Assembly: GCA_964607485.1 (NCBI GenBank)
Contig: CAZSKP010000013.1
Location: forward strand, 55,799-119,798
DNA from: an uncultured bacterium
Lineage (GTDB): Bacteria; Abyssobacteria; SURF-5
Length of the DNA stretch: 64,000 nt
Reading direction: 5' to 3'
Each line of letters opens with the position of its first letter. Within the stretch, counting starts at the first letter, position 1. A model generated the notes under the pieces. The model was not told the DNA's origin and searched no databases. It saw only the letters and a program-made list of their open reading frames with translations. This document shows positions 29,954 to 38,719 of this stretch, one piece after another. The position numbers and the translations under genes are program-made.

Positions 29954-30142
29954 CTATCTCGGTACGATTCGCAACTGCCACATCTGGCGGTTGCGCATAA
30001 GCTGTTGACGGCCCGACTGGCTCCACAGGTTCGCCGCCGGACGAACAGCTCGCTCGCGGGCGGCCCGCTCGGCGCGTTCCGCCTGAATATAGGATGCCAC
30101 GCCGACGCCGATGGCCGCTACAACCTTGCTGTCGAGCTCCAT
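29954..30142 (-). CDS. Small carboxylase accessory-like protein
   Basis: 62 aa, VVAAIGVGV..Y and WSQSGR motifs, AGGAG RBS, located between carboxyltransferase genes. Confidence 0.65.
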   Translation of the reverse strand: MELDSKVVAAIGVGVASYIQAERAERAARERAVRPAANLWSQSGRQQLMRNRQMWQLRIVPR

Positions 30143-30258
30143 TCGGTTCTCCTAATCCTCGAATATTGCCTTAAGCATGACCCGGGCTGTCCGGGGGGCA
30201 ATGAATCCATCCCACGATTGCGGCGGGGACAGTCCCCATCGCTCTCGCGGATATCTTC

Positions 30259-30286
30259 GTAGGGGCGGTTCGCGAACCGTCCCTAC
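30259..30286. repeat. GTAG-type REP palindrome
   Basis: GTAGGGGCGGTTCGCGAACCGTCCCTAC; 1 mismatch to the copy at 32032. Confidence 0.85.
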
Positions 30287-30365
30287 AACAAGGTGCAGGA
30301 TAAAAGCCACAACAAAGATTCATCATTTTCACAGATAGTAGTACAGTTCCCATCTGTCCCCGCCG

Positions 30366-31922
30366 CTACACGGGGATGTTCCCGTGCTTCTTGGGCGGGC
30401 GGCTCTCACGTTTCGAGAGGAGCACCCGTAACGCGTCGATCAGCCGCGGCCGCGTCTCGCGCGGATAGATGACCGCGTCCACAAACCCGCGCGATGCCGC
30501 GATGTACGGATTAGAGAACAGCTCTTCGTATTCCCGTTTTTTCTCTTCCCTGACCGCATTCGGGTCGGCGGCGGACTTGATTTCCTTCCGGTGGATGATG
30601 TTCGCCGCTCCGGCAGCCCCCATCACAGCCACCTCTGCCGTTGGCCACGCAAACACGTAGTCGGCCCCCAGGTCGGAGCTGCACATGGCAAGGTACGCGC
30701 CGCCGATGCTCTTGCGGATAATGAGCGTGACCTTGGGCACGGTGGCCTCCGAGTAGCACCACAAGAGCTTGGCGCCGTGGCGGATGATGCCGCTCCATTC
30801 CTGGTCGCTGCCGGGCAGATAGCCGGGCACATCGACCAGCGTGAGCAAGGGGATGTTGAACGCGTCGCAGAATCGTATGAACCGCGTGGCCTTGTCGGAT
30901 GCGTTCACGTCGAGGCTCCCGGCCAGCGACATGGGCTGGTTGGCGATGATGCCGACAGTGTGCCCGTCCAGCCGGGCGAAGCACACGATCATATTCTCCG
31001 CGTAGTATCGATGCGGCTCGAAGATCCGGCCGCCATCGACTAACGACTGTATGACTCCCTTCATGTCGTACCCCTTGCGCGGGTCGTCGGGAACGATGGT
31101 GTCGAGCGCGGCGTCGATACGGCCGGGGTCGTCGCCGGGGTCGACTGCGGGCGGGTCTTCCATGTTGTTCGAGGGCAGATAGGATAGGAGCTCGCGGATG
31201 CGCGCGATGGCGTCGCGGTCGTCTTCGCAGGCGAAGTGGGCGACTCCGCTCTTGGTGTTGTGCGTCATGGCGCCGCCCAGCTCCTCGAACGTTATCTTCT
31301 CGCCCGTGACTGCCTTGATTACCTCGGGACCGGTGATGAACATGTAGCTGGTGTTCTTCACCATGAACACCCAGTCAGTCATCGCGGGCGAATACACGGC
31401 TCCTCCCGCGGTGGGTCCCATGATGGCCGATATTTGAGGAATGACTCCCGAGGCGCAGGCGTTGCGGTAAAAGATGTTCCCGTAGCCGCTGAGCGCGTCC
31501 ACGCCCTCCTGTATGCGCGCGCCGCCCGAATCGTTAAACCCCACGACAGGCACGCCGTTCTTGATGGCGAGGTCCATAATCTTGCATATCTTCTTCGCGT
31601 GCATCTCGCCCAGCGTGCCGCCGACGGTGGTGAAATCCTGCGAATAAGCGAATACGGTGCGGCCATCGACCGTGCCGTGGCCGGTCACCACTCCCTCGCC
31701 GGGGATGAAGGTGTCGGCCATGCCGAAATGGGTGCAGCGATGACGGACGAACATTCCCAACTCCCGGAACGTTCCGGGGTCGAAGAAAAGCTCCAGCCGC
31801 TCGCGCGCGGTCAGCTTGCCCGATGCGTGCTGCTTGCCGATTCGTTCTTCGCCCCCCATGGCAAGCTCGCGCGCCATCCTTTTCTTGAGGTCTTCCATTC
31901 TTTCCGAACCGCTTCCGCCCAT
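30366..31922 (-). CDS. Acyl-CoA carboxyltransferase (PccB/MmdA/transcarboxylase 12S type)
   Basis: GKLTARER, DSGGARIQEG, GIIRHGAK, KKHGNIP. Confidence 0.95.
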   Translation of the reverse strand: MGGSGSERMEDLKKRMARELAMGGEERIGKQHASGKLTARERLELFFDPGTFRELGMFVRHRCTHFGMADTFIPGEGVVTGHGTVDGRTVFAYSQDFTTVGGTLGEMHAKKICKIMDLAIKNGVPVVGFNDSGGARIQEGVDALSGYGNIFYRNACASGVIPQISAIMGPTAGGAVYSPAMTDWVFMVKNTSYMFITGPEVIKAVTGEKITFEELGGAMTHNTKSGVAHFACEDDRDAIARIRELLSYLPSNNMEDPPAVDPGDDPGRIDAALDTIVPDDPRKGYDMKGVIQSLVDGGRIFEPHRYYAENMIVCFARLDGHTVGIIANQPMSLAGSLDVNASDKATRFIRFCDAFNIPLLTLVDVPGYLPGSDQEWSGIIRHGAKLLWCYSEATVPKVTLIIRKSIGGAYLAMCSSDLGADYVFAWPTAEVAVMGAAGAANIIHRKEIKSAADPNAVREEKKREYEELFSNPYIAASRGFVDAVIYPRETRPRLIDALRVLLSKRESRPPKKHGNIPV

Positions 31923-32031
31923 TGGTCTCTCCTTGTCAGATATAGAAATTCATGGGGGTCAATCGTGAACTAATAGGTAATGTAAGGGACCGGCGCTCTT
32001 TCACGGATATCGGCATTTCCTCCAGGCCTTC

Positions 32032-32059
32032 GTAGGGGCGGTTCGCGAACCGCCCCTAC
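32032..32059. repeat. GTAG-type REP palindrome
   Basis: Perfect 28-bp palindrome GTAGGGGCGGTTCGCGAACCGCCCCTAC. Confidence 0.85.
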
Positions 32060-32374
32060 GTTGTCGGACGGCCTTTCTATTCCATCTTTCCCGATGAAAC
32101 CATTTGGACACTACTCCCTCGAATAATTGAAACAACGAAAAGGGAGATGCATTTCGCGGTTCAGGGTGTATTGAGCGCTCGATTGGAAGATGAACTGCGA
32201 ACCGCTATTGCAATTCTATCCAATCGCCGGGAAATTGTCAAACGCCCCAAACCGCCTGTGACGCCGCAAAAATGTTGGCGGACGCGCGGTTGGTCACTCG
32301 GATGACGGTATGTTATAATTGATGAAAGTGCACCGGACAAAACCCTTTTTGCGGTGTGTGAGAAACTAAGCCCC

Positions 32375-33736
32375 ATGCAAATCTCCGTTCCAAGAGTGCT
32401 CGTGGTCGATTCTCGCTCGAGGGCGACCGCGGAGCTCATCGCCTTCTTGAAGGACTGCGGCTACGAGGTCCTGTGGGCCGCCGACGGCGAGACCGCGTAC
32501 AACATTCTCGACGACGAGCCCATCGACGTGATGGTGGCCGAGCTTCACGTGCATCGCATAAACGGGATGCGTCTGCTGCAGGTGGCGAGGAAGCGTAACC
32601 CGGAGGTGTGCGTCATCATGATAACCGCCGACGCTCACGTCGAGCTGGCCACCGAGGCGATGCGGGAGGGGGCATACGACTTTCAAACGAAGCCTCTCAA
32701 CCTGAGCAAGCTCAAGGCGGTCATCGAACGGGCCCTCTCGCACCAGAAGCTCGTGCTCGAGATGCACGACCTCCACCAGCGCATCGACGAGCGGTTCGGA
32801 CTGGGAGGCATCATCGGCGGCACCCCTAAGATGGTGCAGGTGTATAACAGGATTCGCGAGATCGCGCCCACCCGCGCGACCGTACTGCTGGTCGGCAAGA
32901 CGGGCACCGGCAAGGCGCTCGCCGCGACCGCCATCCACGCAAACAGCCCCCGGCGCGACGCTCCCTTTGTCAAGCTCAACTGCGCCGCGCTTGCCGAGAG
33001 CATCATCGAGAGCGAACTTTTCGGTCACGAACGCGGCGCGTTCACCGGCGCGCTCAAGATGCGGAAGGGCCGCTTCGAAATCGCCGACGGGGGAACGTTG
33101 TTCTTGGACGAGGTGAGCGAGATCCCACCCTCCACCCAAGTGAAGCTGCTGCGTTTTTTGGAGGAGCGCCAGTTCGAACGCCTCGGCGGCAACGAGACCA
33201 TCGAGGTGGACGTGCGCCTTGTCGCCGCGACGAACCGCGGCCTGAGCGAGCTCGTCGCCGAGGGGAAATTCAGGGAGGACCTGTACTACAGGCTCGCGGT
33301 CGTCCACATCGAGATGCCCGAACTGCGCGAGCGCAAACAGGACATCCCTCTCCTGGTCGAGGCATTCATCGAAGAGTTCAACGAGAGCCACAGCAAATCC
33401 GTCAAGGGGGTGAGCCGTGGGGTGATGGATGCGCTCATGACCCACGACTGGCCTGGCAACGTTCGCGAGCTCCGCAACTGCATCGAGGGAATGGTCGCCT
33501 TCTCGCGTCCCGGCAGCGTGCTCGGCGTGTCGGCCCTGCCGCCGAACCTGCGCGGCCCGAAACCCTCAACCGACGGCTTCCACCTCCACGTCGGCATGAC
33601 GATGGAAGACGTCGAGAAGACCATTATCGAGAAGACCCTCCAATCCACCGGCCACAACAAAGAGAAGACCGCCGAAATCCTCCAGATCGGCCTCCGAACC
33701 CTCTACCGGAAGATTAAGGAGTATCAAATAGATTAG
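32375..33736 (+). CDS. NtrC-family sigma54-dependent activator with an atypical receiver domain
   Basis: REC, AAA+ (GTGK, GAFTGA, FLDEV, FREDLYYRL, WPGNVREL) and Fis HTH. Confidence 0.93.
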   Translation: MQISVPRVLVVDSRSRATAELIAFLKDCGYEVLWAADGETAYNILDDEPIDVMVAELHVHRINGMRLLQVARKRNPEVCVIMITADAHVELATEAMREGAYDFQTKPLNLSKLKAVIERALSHQKLVLEMHDLHQRIDERFGLGGIIGGTPKMVQVYNRIREIAPTRATVLLVGKTGTGKALAATAIHANSPRRDAPFVKLNCAALAESIIESELFGHERGAFTGALKMRKGRFEIADGGTLFLDEVSEIPPSTQVKLLRFLEERQFERLGGNETIEVDVRLVAATNRGLSELVAEGKFREDLYYRLAVVHIEMPELRERKQDIPLLVEAFIEEFNESHSKSVKGVSRGVMDALMTHDWPGNVRELRNCIEGMVAFSRPGSVLGVSALPPNLRGPKPSTDGFHLHVGMTMEDVEKTIIEKTLQSTGHNKEKTAEILQIGLRTLYRKIKEYQID

Positions 33737-33831
33737 CCAAAGTCAGGCAAAACTCTATGCCTTATGCGAAGAGTAATGAACCCATTCCTTGAGCCTTCCA
33801 ACAATAGAAATTGAGGACAATTGGAGCAGTC

Positions 33832-34638
33832 ATGCCAATCAAATGGTTTACAGTCGAACAGCATCAGCAGGTCGTTGAGAATTTGGTCGCCCTTGCTCGG
33901 AGCGTCGACGGCATGCGTTATCACTCCGCCGGTCCAGAATACACGTCACTCATGGTTTGTTTCTTGCTGCACAATCTCTCCGTAGCTAAGGCGTTACTAA
34001 GCCTGCGTGATTCCTTCGGAAACGAGTGGTTCCCGTGTACAGCAGGGTATGTTATAGTTCGATCAATGTTTGAGACTGAGGTGACAGCCCACTACATTTC
34101 AAAGTCTCCCAGGGACCGGTCCCGCCGATACATTGATTTTGGACATATCCTTAGCAAACGAGAAATGGACATTTGCCGGAAACACCGAGAAAGCAGAAGC
34201 CCTCAATGGCGAGAGGTGATGAATTTGATGTGGGATAACGTATGGGCATCAAAGGAAAATGAGATTCATTCGAAGTACAGTGCGGTGCGTTCAACTTTCG
34301 AGACAGTCACAAAGAAGGGCGGCAAACGCGAGTTGCACAATTGGTCAGGGAAGACCTTTCGCCAAATGGCTGTTGAAGTCGATCATGAAGAGGCTTACGA
34401 CGTGTTCTATGCTGAGTTATCATCTTTCACACATGTTGATGTCCGTCTTGCTGACAGATTCTTAAGGATTCATCCAAATGGATTATCTTGGTCACTACGC
34501 TCAAGTGAATCTGATGTTGGCAACGTCTTTCGATATGCTGCCTCTTTTCTGACATGTTTTCTGGAGCTATTGGCTGAACAGTTCAGCGTCTGGAAGAAAG
34601 AAGATGTCCGAAAGTGTTGGGATGTTGAAGCATCCTGA
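33832..34638 (+). CDS. DUF5677-like helical protein, AT-rich
   Basis: VRSMFE...HYI and YAELSSFTH motifs; codon usage visibly AT-shifted. Confidence 0.6.
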   Translation: MPIKWFTVEQHQQVVENLVALARSVDGMRYHSAGPEYTSLMVCFLLHNLSVAKALLSLRDSFGNEWFPCTAGYVIVRSMFETEVTAHYISKSPRDRSRRYIDFGHILSKREMDICRKHRESRSPQWREVMNLMWDNVWASKENEIHSKYSAVRSTFETVTKKGGKRELHNWSGKTFRQMAVEVDHEEAYDVFYAELSSFTHVDVRLADRFLRIHPNGLSWSLRSSESDVGNVFRYAASFLTCFLELLAEQFSVWKKEDVRKCWDVEAS

Positions 34639-34836
34639 AGTTTATCAAGAGGAAAGAGGCAGAAAGAAGAAAACAGAGGACCTCTCATAGTCCTTTGCGG
34701 TCTTCGCGCCTTTGCGGGTTGGACACCCTTTTGGTACCTTTGGGTGCCGCGTGCTGCGTCCCCTACATATTCTTTTCTTGACGTTTATAATTGTGATCTG
34801 CCCTATTCGCGGCCAAATGCTTCGTCTGCGGTAAGA

Positions 34837-34887
34837 CTGGATTCCTGCTCCCCGATCGGCATCAAGGATAAGTCTCGCGGGAATAAC
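34837..34887. repeat. Degenerate ATTCCCGC/GCGGGAAT-type palindromic repeat
   Basis: CTGGATTCCTGC...GCGGGAATAAC inverted ends. Confidence 0.5.
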
Positions 34888-34909
34888 AAAATGTGGGAGG
34901 GATAATCTC

Positions 34910-35125
34910 ATGTATATGGAAAATTGGATCAGACTTATTGCGGGGTGCTTTGTTCTGATAAGTCTGGCGCTTGGTCTGCTGGTGAGCCCGTACTGGTTTA
35001 TCTTCACGGCGTTTGTGGGGCTCAACCTGGCGCAGTCGGCTCTGACCGGATTCTGCCCGATGGAGCTCATCCTCAAGAAATTCGGCGTCCGCGAGAAGAG
35101 TGCTGTCGCCGAGTCAAAAGGTTAA
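34910..35125 (+). CDS. DUF2892/YgaP-like small membrane protein
   Basis: IRLIAG, FVGLNL.QSA.TGFCPM; GGGAGG RBS. Confidence 0.88.
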   Translation: MYMENWIRLIAGCFVLISLALGLLVSPYWFIFTAFVGLNLAQSALTGFCPMELILKKFGVREKSAVAESKG

Positions 35126-35148
35126 AAGGGGAAGGGGGCCTGCGGCCC

Positions 35149-36525
35149 TCACGTGACGGTTTCGATTGAGGCGCGGGTGACGGCAACCATTCGCTCAAGC
35201 TGGGCAGCGCTGAAGGTGAGGTGCGGCATGAGTATTATCACGTCGCCGAGCGGCCGGATGATGAGCCCCTTCCGCCTGGCCTCCATGATGACCTTGATCC
35301 CAATCTTCTCACCGTAATCGTACGGCTCGCGGGTTTTCTTGTTCTTGACAAGTTCGATGCCGACCATCAGGCCACACTGCCTTATCTCGCCGACGTGCGG
35401 CAGTTCCTTGAGCGGCCGGAGCAATTCTTCGAGCAGCTCCGCCTTCTTGCGTACCTTCTTCAGCGTCTGCTCGCGGTCGAAAAGCTCGAGGTTCGCCACG
35501 CCGGCCGCGCAGCCGAGCGGGTTGCCTGTGTAGGTGTGCCCGTGGAAAAGTGTCCGGGTCTCCTCGTAATCTCCCAAAAATCCCGCGTAGATGTCCTCGG
35601 TCGTCAGTGTCGCAGCGACGGGCAGGTAGCCCCCGCTCAGGCCCTTCGCGACCGCAAGGATGTCGGGCTCGACGCCCTCGCGCTCGCACGCGAACATCGT
35701 TCCCGTCCGCCCCATGCCCACCGCGACTTCGTCGGCGAGCATGAGTATTCCGTGCCTTGTGCAAAGCTCGCGTAAGCGTTTCAGGTAGCCGGGCGGCTGC
35801 ACGATGATTCCGCCCGCCGCGAACACGAGCGGCTCGATCACCAGCGCAGCGACTTCGTCGGCACATTCCTTGAGCGTGCGTTCCACGGGTTCGACGCACG
35901 CCATGCCGCATGTGGTCTCCTCGAGTTCGAGCGGACAGCGGTAGCAATAGGGCGCCGGCACGCGTATCGAGTCCATTAGGAGCGGGCGGTACAGTTGATG
36001 GAAAAGGTCGATGCCGCCCACACCGACGCTGCCGATGGTGTCGCCGTGGTAGGCGTTGTCGAAGCAGATGAACCTGGTGCGCTTCTTGTGGGAGCCGCTC
36101 CGGTGCTGCTGCCAGAACTGGAACGCCATCTTGAGGCCGACCTCGACCGCGGTCGAGCCATTGTCGGAATAGAAGACCCTTGCGAGTCCTTCCGGCGCTC
36201 GCTCGACGAGCATCTTCGCGAGTTTCACCGCCGGCACGTTCGATATGCCCAGCAGGGTCGAGTGCGCGACCATGTTGAGCTGTTGCCTGACGGCGGAGTC
36301 GAGCGCGCGCTTCCTGTGGCCGTGTACCGTCACCCACAGCGAGGAGACGCCGTCGAGGTATCTCCTGCCGCGAACGTCATAGAGGTAGGCCCCTTTCCCG
36401 CGCTCGATTATCAGCGGCACATCGGCCTCATAATCCCGCATTTGGGTGAACGGATGCCAGACGTACCGCCTGTCGTCGAGCTCCAGTTGTTCGGCGTCCT
36501 CTCGCATGCGTTTCTTCTTCGGCAT
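35149..36525 (-). CDS. bioA: DAPA aminotransferase
   Basis: WHPFTQM, SSLW...HGH, YHGDT.G, DEVA.G.GRTG, AKGLSGGYLP; ATG overlaps the bioD TAA. Confidence 0.95.
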   Translation of the reverse strand: MPKKKRMREDAEQLELDDRRYVWHPFTQMRDYEADVPLIIERGKGAYLYDVRGRRYLDGVSSLWVTVHGHRKRALDSAVRQQLNMVAHSTLLGISNVPAVKLAKMLVERAPEGLARVFYSDNGSTAVEVGLKMAFQFWQQHRSGSHKKRTRFICFDNAYHGDTIGSVGVGGIDLFHQLYRPLLMDSIRVPAPYCYRCPLELEETTCGMACVEPVERTLKECADEVAALVIEPLVFAAGGIIVQPPGYLKRLRELCTRHGILMLADEVAVGMGRTGTMFACEREGVEPDILAVAKGLSGGYLPVAATLTTEDIYAGFLGDYEETRTLFHGHTYTGNPLGCAAGVANLELFDREQTLKKVRKKAELLEELLRPLKELPHVGEIRQCGLMVGIELVKNKKTREPYDYGEKIGIKVIMEARRKGLIIRPLGDVIILMPHLTFSAAQLERMVAVTRASIETVT

Positions 36526-37256
36526 TATTGTGACTTCCTCCGTAGACATTTCAGAATTTTCGCTATGTCGATGTTGGCCTCGGTCGCGTCGAGGAGCCCG
36601 TCGTATTTTCTGGCCGGGACCGAAGCGCGCGGCAGGTGAGGCAGTATTCCCAGCAGACGAGCGCCCGAATACCGTTGAAGGATGTCGGGGTTCGTCCGCT
36701 CGGCGAGCGAGGGCCGGAGGGGGTAATTGTTGATGATGATTCCCGCGACATCTATTCCCCTTGCGCGCGCGATTTCGCACGTGAGCAGCGTGTGGTTTAT
36801 CGTGCCCAGTCCCGGCCTCGCGACGACAATGAGTGGAGAAGAAAGCTCCGCTATCAGGTCGAGCATGAAATAATTTCTCTTGATGGGGACGAACAGGCCG
36901 CCCGCGCCCTCGACTATCAGCACGTCGTGCCTGCGGCGAAGCTCTCTGAACGCGCGCGTTATCCTGCGGATGTCGATTCGCGCGCGCTCTTGCCGGGCGG
37001 CGACTTCAGGGGCCAGCGGTTCGCGGAGCATGTAGGGGCAGACAAGCTCACGCTCGTCTTCGCCGCCGCATGCGCCCACGAGGTATTCCACGTCCTCAGA
37101 GATTCGCCTGCCGCGGCGGGTGGAACAGCCGGTGACCGCAGGTTTCATGACGCCGACATCGAGCCCGCGTTTTGCGAGTGCGAGCGCGAGGCCGGCGGCG
37201 ACGAGCGTCTTGCCCACCTCGGTGTCGGTGCCGGTGACGAAGAGGGCCGAGTTCAC
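36525..37256 (-). CDS. bioD: Dethiobiotin synthase
   Basis: FVTGTDTEVGKT, MKP, VEGAGG, LGTINHT. Confidence 0.95.
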   Translation of the reverse strand: MNSALFVTGTDTEVGKTLVAAGLALALAKRGLDVGVMKPAVTGCSTRRGRRISEDVEYLVGACGGEDERELVCPYMLREPLAPEVAARQERARIDIRRITRAFRELRRRHDVLIVEGAGGLFVPIKRNYFMLDLIAELSSPLIVVARPGLGTINHTLLTCEIARARGIDVAGIIINNYPLRPSLAERTNPDILQRYSGARLLGILPHLPRASVPARKYDGLLDATEANIDIAKILKCLRRKSQ

Positions 37257-37266
37257 GCGAGCCTCC

Positions 37267-37890
37267 TCAGCCCTTCATCCTGAGCGCTTCGAGCAGTTCT
37301 TTGGCGCGCGTGGGATTGAACGCGCCGCATTCGCACGGTTTGGCGAGATGATACGCTCCCTGCTCGGGAGTCATCCTTCCGAGCTTCACCTCGTCGATAA
37401 TCTTCTTGATGAGATTGAACGAGACCATGCCGTGTCCGCACATGCTGTTCATTTCCACGAGTTCGCGCGGCGGCAGCCTGTCCTTCCTCCCGAACACGCC
37501 CAGCGACTGTTCGACGCTGTGCCGCTTCAGGCCCGCTTTCTCGCAGCACTCCTTCACTTCCTCGAACAGTCCGCTGACGTTTATCGGCACTCCGAGGTCG
37601 GCCTCTTTCAACTCTGCGATAACCGAGGCGACTGCCTCGACGTTGTCGTAAGTGGCGGTGATGCCTATCTCGTCCTTCATTTCCTCTTCGATGCGGCGCG
37701 CATCGACGCGCCTCATGGCCATGTTCTCGACCTTCGCCATGTTGACAGGCCTGTGCTTCAGGCAGATTTCAGTGAAGCGTCTCATCTTGTCGGGCAACTC
37801 GGGGGAGATGCTCCGCGTCGGAGTCGCGAAGACGACGAAGTCGCGCCTCAGCGCCTCGGCTGTCCCCTTCCTGTGGAGCGTATTCGTCAT
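37267..37890 (-). CDS. Uncharacterised protein with Cys/His metal-ligand motifs (gene Y in the bio operon)
   Basis: 207 aa, MTNTLHR.G, ECC, SMCGHG, CECGAFNP.RA; GGAG RBS, 1-nt gap to the upstream gene. Confidence 0.8.
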   Translation of the reverse strand: MTNTLHRKGTAEALRRDFVVFATPTRSISPELPDKMRRFTEICLKHRPVNMAKVENMAMRRVDARRIEEEMKDEIGITATYDNVEAVASVIAELKEADLGVPINVSGLFEEVKECCEKAGLKRHSVEQSLGVFGRKDRLPPRELVEMNSMCGHGMVSFNLIKKIIDEVKLGRMTPEQGAYHLAKPCECGAFNPTRAKELLEALRMKG

Positions 37891-37891
37891 T

Positions 37892-38698
37892 TCAATCTCC
37901 CATTCTCACCGGACGTCCGAGCCCCAGGTTGGTCTTTCCGTTGGGCGAAGGCGAATAGCCGGCCTCGACGCACACGCGCTCATGCGAGATGCTCCCGTCG
38001 CCCGCGCACCGGCTCGACACTCCGACGCTCACCACCGTGTCGAGTTCGCCCGCGGTTTTCTCGATGGTTTGCAGGACGGCCGGCAGTTCGTTCAACGTTA
38101 CCTTGAGCTCGATTATGGCAGAGAGCACCTTCTCTTTCAGGATATCCTCGCGAATGCAGCCCTTCGCCACGTCGGTCATAAGGACGGTGAGAGGATTTTC
38201 GGGTTCGAACTTTATGTAGTGGGGCGCGAGCGCCCTTGTCATTCTGTCGATGTCTGAAAAGAAGACGCCGGTTCCCGGCCGCCCAAGGTCGATGACGACA
38301 CCAGCCTCGCCCGGTCCGATACGGCCGGTGATGTCGTTCGTCTTTATCTCCTCGGTACCGCGGCCGGCCATGCCCGTGCTGTCGTGCGTGACAGTCGGGT
38401 CGCTGAACGCCTTCCTAAGCGACCGCGGCCACTCGAGCTCGGGCGCCACGAGCGCTCCCGTCGGGCAGGCGTCGGGACGCGCATCGTAGCGCAGGCGAAA
38501 TATCTCGAACACTTTCCTGAGCGCGCGCACGACCGTGGGGTTCAGGCCTTCCGACTCACAGCATCGATAGCAGGTGTTGCACTCGACGCATTCGTCCTCG
38601 TTAACGACGGCGAGTCCGTCCTCGACGCGTATCACGCCCATCGTGCAATAGGGCACGCAGTTGCCGCAGCCCACGCATTTTTCTTTGTCAATTTCCAT
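37892..38698 (-). CDS. 2x[4Fe-4S] ferredoxin-domain protein with an unknown C-terminal domain (gene X in the bio operon)
   Basis: CVGCGNCVPYC, CVECNTC...ACP, then GRGTEEIKTND.TGR and GRPGTG motifs. Confidence 0.85.
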   Translation of the reverse strand: MEIDKEKCVGCGNCVPYCTMGVIRVEDGLAVVNEDECVECNTCYRCCESEGLNPTVVRALRKVFEIFRLRYDARPDACPTGALVAPELEWPRSLRKAFSDPTVTHDSTGMAGRGTEEIKTNDITGRIGPGEAGVVIDLGRPGTGVFFSDIDRMTRALAPHYIKFEPENPLTVLMTDVAKGCIREDILKEKVLSAIIELKVTLNELPAVLQTIEKTAGELDTVVSVGVSSRCAGDGSISHERVCVEAGYSPSPNGKTNLGLGRPVRMGD

Positions 38699-38719
38699 GG
38701 TTGTTTTCGCGTTCGCCGG

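Noticed and set aside
30259-32059. 28-bp repeats as a CRISPR array or IS ends
   Set aside because: Only two copies 1.8 kb apart, fully palindromic, with no spacers, cas genes or transposase
31923-32374. sigma54 -24/-12 promoter for the transcarboxylase operon
   Set aside because: No convincing TGGCAC-N5-TTGC spacing found by eye on either strand
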